Assembly: GCA_965228855.1 (NCBI GenBank)
Contig: CBDDIJ010000003.1
Span: 2,880,001-2,944,000, forward strand
DNA: 64,000 nucleotides
Direction: 5' to 3'
DNA from: Candidatus Obscuribacterales bacterium
GTDB taxonomy: Bacteria > Cyanobacteriota > Vampirovibrionia > Obscuribacterales > Obscuribacteraceae
In this document: positions 48,594 to 59,100 of the stretch, piece after piece
Layout: every line of letters starts with the position of its first letter
Position numbering within the stretch: position 1 is the first letter of the stretch
Position numbers and translations under genes: made by a program
Notes under the pieces: model-generated
Seen by the model: the letters and a program-made list of their open reading frames with translations, nothing else
Told to the model about the DNA's origin: nothing
Databases searched by the model: none

Positions 48594-50153
48594 CTAAACG
48601 GTAACTGTCTCTGATTGTACAGGACTTACGCCGGTGGCGATACGAGAAGCGAAAACTTGGGCGAGGGCTTTCATTGCCTGGTCGGATGGATCGTGAGTGG
48701 CGACCACGTTAGGCCAATCAGGCAAACCGTGAACATCAAATGGCGTATCCACGCATACGGCAACCTTTTCCTGACAAACATCAGCAACCATCTGCCCCAA
48801 TCTCAGTTGGTCCTCGAAATGCAATGCACGGAACGTGAGATAAACCACGTTCTTACCCGTCAATTCCTCAGCTATAAGGCTAGCTTCTTCGAAGGTCGGT
48901 TCAAGCGGATAGCGACGCAGTTCCAACAGTTCCGGTTTCTCTGCTTGACCTAAAGCAGCACTTAGATACTCGTGCAGGTTCATTGAATAGCGCGGATGGT
49001 CGGGAATCAACAAGGTCCATTTTTGCCCCTGCAGTTCCGGAATGCCACCACGCACGATTGCAATACCTTTCAATGATGCGTTAAAACTGAGATCAGCGCC
49101 TTCACAAACGAGCTTCTCTAAGCGAGCATATTTTCGCGGATTGTGCACAGGCGAGCAAGTCGTTGGCTTCTTATTGAAATGAGCTTTGATGCGCTCTCTG
49201 GATTCCTCAAGGCGCTCCGTTGAAATTCTACCGGATTGCGCGGCGGCAAGAAGGGCGCTGTAAGATTCTTGCAGCTCGTCTTCAGAACCGCACACGAGGA
49301 CTAAATCGGCACCGGCTTCGACAGCCATCACGCAAGCTTCACCCAAACCATACTTCGAAGTGATGCCTTTCATAACCATGTCGTCGGTCATGACTATGCC
49401 CTTGAATCCCAGATATTCGCGCAGGATTGAATGAGTAATACGTTTTGAAAGGCTTGCCGGGACTTGCTCTTCATCAATCTCAGTGCACCAGATGTGCCCA
49501 GTGAGAACAATCGGCAAGCTTTCGAGAATAGTTTTAAACGGCGCAAGATCAGTGTTCCACAGTTTCTCAACCGGCAATTTGTTTATCGCCAGCGCAACAT
49601 GCGAATCCTCTGTCGTGGCGCCATGTCCAGGGAAATGCTTACCGACGGGAACCAAGCCCTCAGCAGAAATCGCCTCGGCAACCAGACGGCCGTACTTTGC
49701 CACCTTATCTGGTGCATTTCCAAATGCCCTGGTGCAAACGATTGGGTTTACGAAATTGGAGATCACATCGAGAACCGGCGCCAAAAGGCAGTTTATGCCC
49801 AAAAGTTTCAGCTGACGGGAACTCAAACTCGAAATTTTTTCTATGATGTCCTCATCTCCGGTTGCAGCTAAGGCCATCGGAGATGGCAGCGGACTGATTA
49901 CGCGATCGAAGCGCTGCACAGCGCCTCCTTCCTGATCGGTGCAGACCACCGGCGGATGCAGGGACGCTTCGACCACGTCGTGAACAAGCGTCGCCAGCTC
50001 TTGCAGCTGTTCAGCATTCTCGCGAAAAAAGCAGATACCACCCACGGTGCCTGCCTGCAAACGTTTTCGATACTCCGGTGTAAGAGTCGTCGCCGGCACA
50101 CGACCAATCAATAGCCGACCGACGTTCTTTTCCAGGTCTTGCTTGCCTGCCAT
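48594..50153 (-). CDS. nagZ: Beta-N-acetylhexosaminidase (GH3)
   Basis: DQEGG.V.R, APVLD, GKHFPGHG....DSH and MTDD motifs. Confidence 0.92.
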   Translation of the reverse strand: MAGKQDLEKNVGRLLIGRVPATTLTPEYRKRLQAGTVGGICFFRENAEQLQELATLVHDVVEASLHPPVVCTDQEGGAVQRFDRVISPLPSPMALAATGDEDIIEKISSLSSRQLKLLGINCLLAPVLDVISNFVNPIVCTRAFGNAPDKVAKYGRLVAEAISAEGLVPVGKHFPGHGATTEDSHVALAINKLPVEKLWNTDLAPFKTILESLPIVLTGHIWCTEIDEEQVPASLSKRITHSILREYLGFKGIVMTDDMVMKGITSKYGLGEACVMAVEAGADLVLVCGSEDELQESYSALLAAAQSGRISTERLEESRERIKAHFNKKPTTCSPVHNPRKYARLEKLVCEGADLSFNASLKGIAIVRGGIPELQGQKWTLLIPDHPRYSMNLHEYLSAALGQAEKPELLELRRYPLEPTFEEASLIAEELTGKNVVYLTFRALHFEDQLRLGQMVADVCQEKVAVCVDTPFDVHGLPDWPNVVATHDPSDQAMKALAQVFASRIATGVSPVQSETVTV

Positions 50154-50167
50154 GGGATACGAGGCTC

Positions 50168-51142
50168 CTAGTTTCTCGTGGAAAGCAGTCGATAAACTTC
50201 GACCGCTTTGGTTTTTCCTTTTATATTGTAAGAGCCCATGTACTCAAAATTACATCTGTCGTTAGACAAAGTGAATGTATTTCCATCCACGATAATGTCG
50301 CCAGGTCTGTCGTCGCCAATCAGTTTTTCCAGACGGAAAACCAGATTAGCGGTGTCGCCAAGCACGGCGGGATTACCGGATGAATGCCCGAGCGCGCCGG
50401 CAGCAACCGGACCTGTGGCAAGAGCGATATCCAGATTGAGCGGATAGTCTTCGAAAGGCCACATTCGCTTGTCATTTCCAAGCTTGGCAATGACCTCTCT
50501 TAGTTTCAATGCAGTATGGCAAGCTTGATAGGCGGGTATACGCGCACCTTCGCTCGAGCTGTCACCAGCCCAGTAAGCCATAATCGCGTCACCTGCAATT
50601 TTTTCGAGCTGACCGTAATTTTTATTGATCTCGTCATTGAGCGATTCGAAAATGCGCTGAGCCGCGCCCATGACGATTTCAGGCGACGCCGCATAGGTTT
50701 CCATCAACGTCGTGAATTTCTTGATGTCACCAACCAGAATGGTGGCGTTCATAAACTTGATGCTGTACTGCGTGCGGTCCTGTGAGTCTTCTTCGCCTTC
50801 GTCAGCATCGAGCTCGAATTCCATCTGAGGCGGAAACACGCGCAATTGATACTGCGCGATGCGCACCTCATCACCATGACGCAGCGGGTACTCCTCACCG
50901 GAGACGCAAACCTTGCCGTTTATCGTGGTTCCGTTGGTGCTGTTTCTGTCCATGATAGTCCAGCCATCTGCACTACAGCGGATTTCAGCATGCTGACCGG
51001 AGACTTCAGGATACGGCAAAATGAGCTTCTTCACACCACCAGGAGCAGGTCTGCGCCCAATGTGGAGAACCTCACCATCAGTCAATTCCACCGAATATTC
51101 ATCCGGCGTGTCAGGATTTACCTTGATATTGCCGGAAGCCAT
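50168..51142 (-). CDS. FHA domain plus class III adenylate/guanylate cyclase
   Basis: FHA motifs IGR..VSGQHA..STNGT; cyclase motifs GDIKKFT, KIAGDAIMA and GDTANLVFRLE. Confidence 0.9.
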   Translation of the reverse strand: MASGNIKVNPDTPDEYSVELTDGEVLHIGRRPAPGGVKKLILPYPEVSGQHAEIRCSADGWTIMDRNSTNGTTINGKVCVSGEEYPLRHGDEVRIAQYQLRVFPPQMEFELDADEGEEDSQDRTQYSIKFMNATILVGDIKKFTTLMETYAASPEIVMGAAQRIFESLNDEINKNYGQLEKIAGDAIMAYWAGDSSSEGARIPAYQACHTALKLREVIAKLGNDKRMWPFEDYPLNLDIALATGPVAAGALGHSSGNPAVLGDTANLVFRLEKLIGDDRPGDIIVDGNTFTLSNDRCNFEYMGSYNIKGKTKAVEVYRLLSTRN

Positions 51143-51352
51143 TTACTGCATTTTGCCAAGAAGAAACGTCCTAATTGCCCAGGTAGCTATTATATCGGCA
51201 GAAAATGGCGCTTCCAAACCTGTGATACAACAACTTAACAGGGCTTAAAACCACAAGTTGACAAGCTTTTGACATCCCTGGAGGTTGGATAAACCGCTAA
51301 AGCCGGTTTCGGCACACTTACTTTCCAGCCAGCTTTCATCGCTCGTCCACGT

Positions 51353-51787
51353 TTATTCGTCAGGGTCCGACAGATCCTGTGCCGGCATCGGCGGCAGTTT
51401 GGTATGCGCGCGGAATTGCTCATCCGACCTTTCGTCAAGACTGAGCGCATCCAGACGGAATGTTTCTTCCTGTGAGCTGTACCAGACTTGAATCGGAATA
51501 TGTGCGATGCCGATCTCGTCTTCATGGCGAAGTACGTACTCATCACCGGGAATGAGGAGGCGTCCGTTCAGGCTAGTCCCGTTGGTACTGCCCCTGTCCG
51601 TAATTCGCCAGTAAAAGCCATCATGCCAAACTTCGGCATGGGTACCGGATACGTTTGGATCGTTAATCAAGAATTTCTGCGCATCAGGCTCGGGTCGCCG
51701 CCCAATCTTGAGCCTGGAGCCCGGCTCCAGTTCTATTACTTGCTCTTCCGGTGTGCCCGGATTCACTCTCAGTTGGAAGTCACTCAT
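51353..51787 (-). CDS. Stand-alone FHA domain protein
   Basis: IGRR, VSGTHA, DRGSTNGT and LRHEDEI motifs. Confidence 0.88.
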   Translation of the reverse strand: MSDFQLRVNPGTPEEQVIELEPGSRLKIGRRPEPDAQKFLINDPNVSGTHAEVWHDGFYWRITDRGSTNGTSLNGRLLIPGDEYVLRHEDEIGIAHIPIQVWYSSQEETFRLDALSLDERSDEQFRAHTKLPPMPAQDLSDPDE

Positions 51788-51869
51788 TTAGCGTATTCCG
51801 CGTGTAGACAGGCTTCTAATGAATCAGCGAGCCCTTACGCAGGACTCGCTGATATCAGCAACATGCTTT

Positions 51870-53102
51870 TTAAACGCTGGTCGCCTTGGACAGAGCCTTT
51901 TTCAGCTCCTCTACGCGATCCAACTTCTCCCAGGGAAGATCGAGATCCGGTCTGCCGAAGTGACCATAGGCAGCCACATTCTGGAAGAACCTTCCGCCGG
52001 CGATCTTAGGTTGCTCGTTGAGCTTGAAGTGCGAAATGATTGCTGTAGGGCGCAGATCGAACTTCTCATTAACCAGAGCGGTAATCTCATCATCAGCGAT
52101 TTTGCCGGTGCCGAAGGTCGTAACCAGCACTGAGAGCGGACGAGCAACGCCGATCGCATATGCAATCTGGACTTCGCATTTTTTGGCAAGACCGGCGGCA
52201 ACGATGTTTTTAGCAACCCAACGAGCTGCATATGCTGCGGAGCGGTCAACTTTTGTCGGATCCTTACCGGAGAAGGCGCCACCGCCGTGACGGGAGTATC
52301 CGCCATAAGTATCGACGATAATTTTTCTGCCTGTCAAACCGGCGTCACCGTGCGGTCCTCCAACAACAAAGCGGCCGGACGGATTGATCAAATACTTGGT
52401 TTTGTCATCAAGATTGATTCCAAGCTCTTTGAAGACCGGCTGAATTACATATGCTTTGAGGTCGGTTTCGATGCGAGCGCGAATTTCTTCATTCTCACTC
52501 AACTTGTCGATCACCGGATCATGCTGCGTGGATATCAAAATCGAATCTACGCGAACGGGCTTCCCATCTTCGTATTCGATGGTGACTTGAGTTTTACCGT
52601 CGGGGCGCAGGTATTTCAACGTGCCATTCTTTCTGACTTCGGTTAGTCGAAGAGCTAATCTATGAGCCGCCGAGATCGGCATGGGCATTAACTCTTTGGT
52701 TTCGTCGCAGGCGTAACCGAACATCATGCCCTGGTCGCCGGCGCCGAGATTTTCTTTGTCATCTCTGGCGGCATCGACGGCTGGTGCGATGTCCGGTGAC
52801 TGTTTCTTCAAACCGGTGAGAACGGCTGTGGAGTTTGAATCGAATCCACCGCCCTTCTCGCCTTCGTAGCCAATCTCTTTGATGACGTCACGAACGAGGT
52901 CCTGGAAATCGATCTGGGCAACAGTGGTAATTTCGCCAATGACCAGAACCAATCCGGTGGACGCTGCGCACTCGCATGCTACGCGCGCCTGCGGGTCCTG
53001 GCTCAAAATTTTATCGAGAACCGCATCGGAAATTTGGTCGCAGACCTTATCAGGATGTCCCTCTGTGACCGATTCCGACGTGAATAAATAGCGCGTAGAC
53101 AA
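51870..53102 (-). CDS. metK: S-adenosylmethionine synthetase
   Basis: [30 protein letters not shown] and GGGAFSGKD motifs. TTG start at 53102 follows GAGGTG. Confidence 0.98.
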   Translation of the reverse strand: MSTRYLFTSESVTEGHPDKVCDQISDAVLDKILSQDPQARVACECAASTGLVLVIGEITTVAQIDFQDLVRDVIKEIGYEGEKGGGFDSNSTAVLTGLKKQSPDIAPAVDAARDDKENLGAGDQGMMFGYACDETKELMPMPISAAHRLALRLTEVRKNGTLKYLRPDGKTQVTIEYEDGKPVRVDSILISTQHDPVIDKLSENEEIRARIETDLKAYVIQPVFKELGINLDDKTKYLINPSGRFVVGGPHGDAGLTGRKIIVDTYGGYSRHGGGAFSGKDPTKVDRSAAYAARWVAKNIVAAGLAKKCEVQIAYAIGVARPLSVLVTTFGTGKIADDEITALVNEKFDLRPTAIISHFKLNEQPKIAGGRFFQNVAAYGHFGRPDLDLPWEKLDRVEELKKALSKATSV

Positions 53103-53268
53103 TGTATGCACCTCGTATATAAACAACCTAGACTCGTTCGCTATATTTGCTTTACGGACGCAGTGCAGCGGCTCGAATTGCTTGCGAACAGCCAGCCTTT
53201 GCCGCGGCATCAAGATCAAGCCGCGCATTGAATGACGGACGTTCCTCAGACTGGAAGGAACATTCAGC
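53103..53268 (-). promoter_or_regulatory. Candidate structured 5' leader of metK
   Basis: Extended -10 TGGTAGCAT at 53282-53274, three stems, and an anti-RBS segment (see findings). Confidence 0.45.
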
Positions 53269-53350
53269 CAAGTATGCTACCATTTTTTCGCCCTTCTGAA
53301 TTAAAGAGATACAAGGTTTGGAGCGCGTTTGAGACTTATCGAAGCAAAAC

Positions 53351-53374
53351 GTAACCCCAGTTTCCTTATACGTC
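53351..53374 (+). promoter_or_regulatory. Possible ECF autoregulatory promoter
   Basis: GTAAC-N15-CGTC upstream of the ECF sigma gene. Confidence 0.3.
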
Positions 53375-53442
53375 GGCGACTGCTATTTAGATGGTACCAA
53401 TCAGGTGCTAACATTTAGGAAGATGTACTTACAGGACAAATC

Positions 53443-54069
53443 ATGGCAACCGCATATTCACAGCAGAGTGACCGGGATTTAGTGTTAGCGTGCCAGCGTC
53501 GAGAGCCACAGGCATTCGAAGAACTCGTCAAACGCCATCAAAAGACAGTATATGCATTGCTATACCAATTGGCACCAGACTGGTCGGACACTTCTGATCT
53601 GGCTCAAGAAGTCTTCATTAGAGTTTGGCGCTCGATAAACAATTTGCGAAATCCGTCGTCATTTCGCTCGTGGCTAACGCAGATCGTCACGAACCTCTTT
53701 TATGATGAATTGAGGAAACGTCCGCGCAAACTGCCTACAGTGAGTATGGACGTGGCTCTTGGAGATGATGAATCAGATGAGGGCGCAACCAGAGATATCC
53801 CAGATGAGACAGATCTTCCTCATGACAAGCTGCTCAACAAGGAACTCTCAGAAATAATTCGCGAAGCAATGTTGAAACTGCCGGAACAGTTTCGAACAGC
53901 CATCGTCTTGAGGGAAGTGGAAGGGTTAAGCTACGAAGAAATTGCAGACATAACTCAAACTGAAATGGGAACCGTTAAGTCACGAATAGCCCGTGCACGG
54001 TTGAAACTGCAAGAGATGTTGAAGCCCTATCTGGAATCCACCGAGTCCGCAAGCGAGGTCTCCAGTTAA
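53443..54069 (+). CDS. ECF RNA polymerase sigma factor (cyanobacterial SigG/RpoE-like)
   Basis: DLAQEVFIRVWRS, FRSWL.QI.TNLFYDELRKR and GLSYEEIA....GTVKSRIARAR motifs. Confidence 0.95.
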   Translation: MATAYSQQSDRDLVLACQRREPQAFEELVKRHQKTVYALLYQLAPDWSDTSDLAQEVFIRVWRSINNLRNPSSFRSWLTQIVTNLFYDELRKRPRKLPTVSMDVALGDDESDEGATRDIPDETDLPHDKLLNKELSEIIREAMLKLPEQFRTAIVLREVEGLSYEEIADITQTEMGTVKSRIARARLKLQEMLKPYLESTESASEVSS

Positions 54070-54969
54070 ATGGTGAGAGCGTGTACCGATTATCAAGAGG
54101 ATTTATCTGCCCTGCTCGATGATGAGCTTGGCGCAGATGAGCATCAAGACGTGACGGGTCATTTGACCGAGTGCACGGATTGCGCTGCCCGTTTTGAGAC
54201 TATCAAGTCTCTGAGCGGCTTACTTAATAAGGAAAGCAGCAAAATCGATGCGATGCCCGACCTCTGGGATAGTTTAAAAGATGAATTACCCAGCGTATGT
54301 CTGGTTATTGAAGAGGATTTGTCCGCATATTTGGACGGTGAGTTGCCCTCAGCCGCTCAAGAAGGTGTCAAACGTCATTTAGATGAATGCGCCGAGTGTC
54401 TGAATAAATTCAAGCTGCTCAATTCGACCAATCAAATGCTTTCGAAGGGCCTGGCTCTTCCGGAAGGATTGGAAATTGATATCTGGTCAGGCGTGAAAGA
54501 CAGACTTGACTCCGATTGCGAATCAGTTCGCGACGATTTGTCCGCATACGCGGATCAAGAAGTCGATAGCGGTCGCCATCGGTTCATAACGTCACATCTT
54601 ATAGATTGCCTGCCATGCAGAGATTCATACGAATCGGTGACCAAAGTCGGCGATTTAATCAAGGAGCACTACAAACCGAAGATTCCGGAGAACCTGAACC
54701 TCTGGCCCGGAATTAAGATGAAAATGCAGGTCGTGCCGTTTACGCCGCGCGAACAACAGCAGCAGCCAAAGACGAAGAAGAAAATTCGTCCGAGATTCGC
54801 TGTGATGGTTGGAGCTGCAGCAGCCGTCATCGGTATACTGGGTTCACTTGCAGTTTGGCTTTCCGCACCGGATGACATACAATTTCCATCAATCTCTCCG
54901 GAGCAGTACTTGATAGAATCATCGTTCCAAGAGCCGACTGATTCGGCGGAGGCAGTCGTTTATGAATGA
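54070..54969 (+). CDS. Membrane anti-sigma factor with three zf-HC2 (ZAS) domains
   Basis: Three C...DLSA..D.E...HxxxCxxC units (HLTECTDC, HLDECAEC, HLIDCLPC) and a C-terminal TM helix. Confidence 0.9.
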   Translation: MVRACTDYQEDLSALLDDELGADEHQDVTGHLTECTDCAARFETIKSLSGLLNKESSKIDAMPDLWDSLKDELPSVCLVIEEDLSAYLDGELPSAAQEGVKRHLDECAECLNKFKLLNSTNQMLSKGLALPEGLEIDIWSGVKDRLDSDCESVRDDLSAYADQEVDSGRHRFITSHLIDCLPCRDSYESVTKVGDLIKEHYKPKIPENLNLWPGIKMKMQVVPFTPREQQQQPKTKKKIRPRFAVMVGAAAAVIGILGSLAVWLSAPDDIQFPSISPEQYLIESSFQEPTDSAEAVVYE

Positions 54970-55474
54970 CAGACGGGTAGGTAGAATCGCGATAATTGCA
55001 TTCGTGCTCAGCGCGTATCCGATGTCGGCTGGCGCTCAGCAAGAATGTGCTACTGGCACGTGCAATATCGACTATTCGAAGCTCAACCTGACTCAAGAGC
55101 AAGCTGTGAAAATTCAGCAATGCGACCATGAGTGGTTCCAGGAGCTTCAACAAACGCAGCCTGAAATTCAGACGTTGCAACAAAAGTTCCGCAGACTTTT
55201 GTCGAGCTCAAAGCCTGATGCCACCGAGATTTTGCTCGTGCAGCAACAGATCGAAGCGAAGAAGAGTAAGCTGAAACTGAAAGCAACTCAGACCCTTTTG
55301 AAAAAGAAACAGCTGCTCGACGATTCACAAAAGAAAGCGTTCGACAATCAGTTTCAGGGCGAGGTTCTGAAAATGAGACAACAGGGCAATGGAGTTGAAA
55401 GCAACGTTGCACCGGTTCGTTGGAAGAAGATCTGGAACAACATGCAGAACGTTTTCAATCAAGAAGCTCATTAA
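54962..55474 (+). CDS. Spy/CpxP/ZraP-like periplasmic protein
   Basis: Signal peptide, LNLTQEQ and LLDDSQK (LTxxQ-like) motifs; overlaps the anti-sigma stop. Confidence 0.8.
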   Translation: MNDRRVGRIAIIAFVLSAYPMSAGAQQECATGTCNIDYSKLNLTQEQAVKIQQCDHEWFQELQQTQPEIQTLQQKFRRLLSSSKPDATEILLVQQQIEAKKSKLKLKATQTLLKKKQLLDDSQKKAFDNQFQGEVLKMRQQGNGVESNVAPVRWKKIWNNMQNVFNQEAH

Positions 55475-55507
55475 TCTCTGCAGAGTTTCTCAAACCAAAA
55501 AAATTTG

Positions 55508-55556
55508 AACTGGTGCGGTGAACCTTGAGTTAATCACTGCGCCAGTTTCTTTTTTC
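55508..55556 (+). terminator. Intrinsic terminator of the ECF operon
   Basis: 14-bp stem AACTGGTGCGGTGA/TCACTGCGCCAGTT (2 GU pairs) followed by TCTTTTTT. Confidence 0.8.
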
Positions 55557-55724
55557 GCCACATACAGCCTTTCGCAATTTTGAAATGAAAAAAAATGTCC
55601 ATGAAAACTATGTACCTTCCACTAGAAATGTAGGAAACTTCTGGGGAAGAATATGAAGAAGCTTACTTGCTCGTAAGCTTCGGCTTGAAATGCTTTGTCA
55701 GGCGCACAACTCCGGGGGACATTG

Positions 55725-56120
55725 ATGGGATCGCGAGCAACAGAGATCAAAAAGGTTTTACTTGTCGATGACGACGCAAATATCCGATTCATAACGGAGA
55801 TGAGTCTGCAGGGCCTGACCGACTGGGAGATAACGCTTGCGGGGACGGCCCAGGAAGCCCTTTCCGCAGTCACGCAAGTGAAGCCGGATCTAGCTCTTTT
55901 AGACGTAATGATGCCTGGAATGGATGGCGTCACGCTCCTGGGGAAAATGCGAGAGCAAGTGGACGAAGCTGACATGCCGCTGGTAATTTTCATGACCGCA
56001 AAGGTGCAGACTCAGGAAATAGAAGCGTACAAAAATCTTGGCGCTGTCGGAGTGATTACAAAACCATTCGATCCAATGAAGCTTGCCGAGCAGATTGAAG
56101 GCATCTTGAACACCGCATGA
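55725..56120 (+). CDS. Single-domain response regulator (REC)
   Basis: LLVDDD, LLDVMMPGMDG, FMTA and ITKPF motifs; ATGA overlap with the kinase. Confidence 0.95.
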   Translation: MGSRATEIKKVLLVDDDANIRFITEMSLQGLTDWEITLAGTAQEALSAVTQVKPDLALLDVMMPGMDGVTLLGKMREQVDEADMPLVIFMTAKVQTQEIEAYKNLGAVGVITKPFDPMKLAEQIEGILNTA

Positions 56121-59100
56121 AAGTCTCGATTCTCACTAAAGTGACAATCGGGGTCATCGTCGTTATCGGGACGCTCTGCGTTTCGATGGCAATCAGTCTT
56201 GATGCTCGCAGCAAGCAAACCGAAAGTCGCAAGCTGGTGATGCACACGTATCAAGTCCTGAACCTATTAGAGCGCGTGCACTCAATGATGAAGGACGCAG
56301 AAACCGGTCACAGAGGCTTTCTGTTAACTGGTCAAAATGATTATCTCGAACCTCACAAGCGCGCCTCTTCGAAAATCGACAATTTGATTGAAGAGCTTAA
56401 GATGCAGGTGAGCGACAACCCTGCTCAACAACATCGACTTGGGATTCTGACGGTAAAAACCGATGAAGTGCTCGACTCTCAGCAAGCGTCGATAGAAGTG
56501 AGACGAAAACGAGGGCTGCAGGCGGCAGCAGGTGCAAATAACTTCGAGCTCGACAAAGAGCGAATGGAAGCGATACACAACACGATCGAAGAAATGATCG
56601 AAACGGAAGAGGCACTCCTCAACGAGCGCAGCGACAAGTTGAATGCAGCAACAGCAACGGCTTATGCTTATTCCACCTTATTTAGCGTAGCTTCAATTAT
56701 CTGCGTGGGCGTAGCCGGCTTAGCCCTGCTTGGATTCCTGAAGGCACAGCAAAAGTCTGAACGAGAACTGCAGGTTCAATATTCGGTTGCCAGAATACTA
56801 AATGAATCGAACGACCTCAAAGATGCTGCTCGAAGAATCGAGCAGTTGATCGGAGAAGCTGGAGCCTGGTGCATCGGAGCAACCTGGATGGTGCAGACGA
56901 ATGAACAAAGAGAAAACGTTCTTGTCTGTCTAGACCTCTGGAGACTGGCGACATTCGCTGATAGTGAGTTCACGAGAGACTCACACAAGCGCGTTTTCAA
57001 AATGGGCGAGGGGTTGCCCGGAAGAGTGTGGCAATCCGGGAAAGCAACGTCCATACACGACGTGACGCAGGACGCCAACTTCCCGCGCTCGAAAGTGGCC
57101 GAACAAATCGGATTGAAAACAGCCTTCGCTTTTCCAATCACATTCGGAGGTGACGTTCTCGCCGTGACGGAATTCTTCGCAACCGAGGAGCGTCCGGTCG
57201 ATCAAGCACTTCTAGACATGATGACAGCGATCGGAAATCAGCTCGGTCAGTTTATCGTAAGAAAAACAGTTGAAGTGGAAACCGAAAGGCAACGCCAGTT
57301 TTTACAGCTAATTCTTGACACCGTATCTGATGGCATCATGGTGGCAGATATGGAAGGCAAGTTCATTCTTACAAACGTCGCGGCCAAAGAGCTGACGGGA
57401 CAAACCAAACGATTTACCAGAGACGATTGGACTGATGAGACAGGAGTATATTTAAACGAAGCCGGCGATAAATATCCCCTGGAACAGCTTCCGCTTCTTC
57501 GAGCAATCAGAGGTGAAGAAGTCGATGATGCAGAGATGTTGATTCGCAATGACAGCATTCCGACAGGGAAATGGCTATCTGTAAGCGCTCGACCATTGCG
57601 CGAAATCGAAGACGAAGTCACAGGCGCAGTGATTTTCTTCAGAAACGTGAGCGAGAAGAAAGAAGCAGAAAAGAGAGTCAGTGAGTTTTACTCAACGGTT
57701 TCACACGAATTGAGAACGCCACTGACTTCCATCCGCGGTTCGCTGGGACTGATCGAGGGAGGCTTGGCCGGTCCGATACCGGAAAAGACGCTGAAACTGA
57801 TCAAAATCGCCAGGGCTGAGTCTGACCGGCTGATCAGGTTAATCAACGACATATTAGATTTGCGAAAAATCGAAGCTGGAATGCTCGAACTCAAGAAACG
57901 AACTTGTGATACGCAAAAGCTGGTTAAGCGTGCGATCGAAGGAATTCAGGGCATGGCGAACGAGCGAGGTGTGACGGTCGACGAGGAAATGAACACCGGC
58001 GGTCCGACTGAGTGCGATGAAGACAGAATAATTCAAGTCCTGACAAATTTGATGTCCAACGCCATCAAGTTTTCAGAGAAAGGCGATAAAGTGTTAGTAG
58101 CTCTCAATCCCGGAGAGCGTAACACATTCAAATTTTCGATTACGGACACTGGCCCAGGTATTGCTACGGAGCAGATGCATAAACTGTTCGGTAAATTCCA
58201 GCAGTTGGACCAATCGGATAGCAGAAAGAAAGATGGAACCGGACTGGGTCTTGCTATCACCAAGGCAATTATCGATGAACATGGTGGCACCATTGGTGTC
58301 AACAGCGAGTGGGGCAAGGGGTCGACCTTCTGGTTTGAGTTACCTGCGACCTTTTCACCAGTTCGGAATGTCGCCGTCAGCAACCTGCCACCAGCACACG
58401 TTCATCCGGCCTTGATAGTGGAAGATGATAAGAACTTATCGGAAGTTTTACGTACGCACCTTGAGGCAGACGGATTCGAGGTAATCCATGCTTCTTCACT
58501 CGAAGAAGCCGGCGATTTTCTGGACGCCTATACACCACTGGTGATACTGCTTGATTTGGGTTTACCTGACGGCAACGGCTTGGACTTGATGGAACGGCTA
58601 CAATCGGACGAGAAACGGAAAAACATTCCCGTCGTGGTAATCAGCGGGACGGAAAAGGATGGAAAAACAACCTGTGTTCACCCCGCGCTGATAGACTGGA
58701 TGGCCAAACCGTTCGATGAGAAACGGCTTCACGCCGCCCTCGACAATGCTCGTAGGCGCATTGGAATAGCCCAAGTTCTCGTGGTGGAAGACGATCCTTC
58801 GACACGAGAAATTTTAAAACAGCAAGTAGAATCGCTTGGAGTCAAATGCATCGAAGCCTCCAGTGGCGAAGATGCGCTGAAGAGTTTTGACGAATCCAAT
58901 CCGGACCTTGTAATTTTGGATCTGATGATACCGCCTCCGGACGGATTTGAAGTCGTAGAGAAGCTAAGAAGCCGCCTGGACAGTTCTGTTCCGCTGGTAG
59001 TCTACTCGGCGTTAGACCTGACTGAGGCGGAAAAGGCAAAGCTAAAGTTAGGCATCACAGCCCATCTCACAAAGTCGACAGCAAGTCCGGATCAATTATC

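Noticed and set aside
51235..51352. DVKSLST peptide after the FHA-only gene, faintly like cyclase DIKKFTT
   Set aside because: Too short and in a different frame; not enough to call a cyclase pseudogene remnant.
53103..53228. 42-aa N-terminal extension of MetK in the ORF track (similar extensions on FabF, SucC, PfpI, heme oxygenase, EF-hand and YgjP-like ORFs)
   Set aside because: Family similarity and/or RBS position point to downstream starts.
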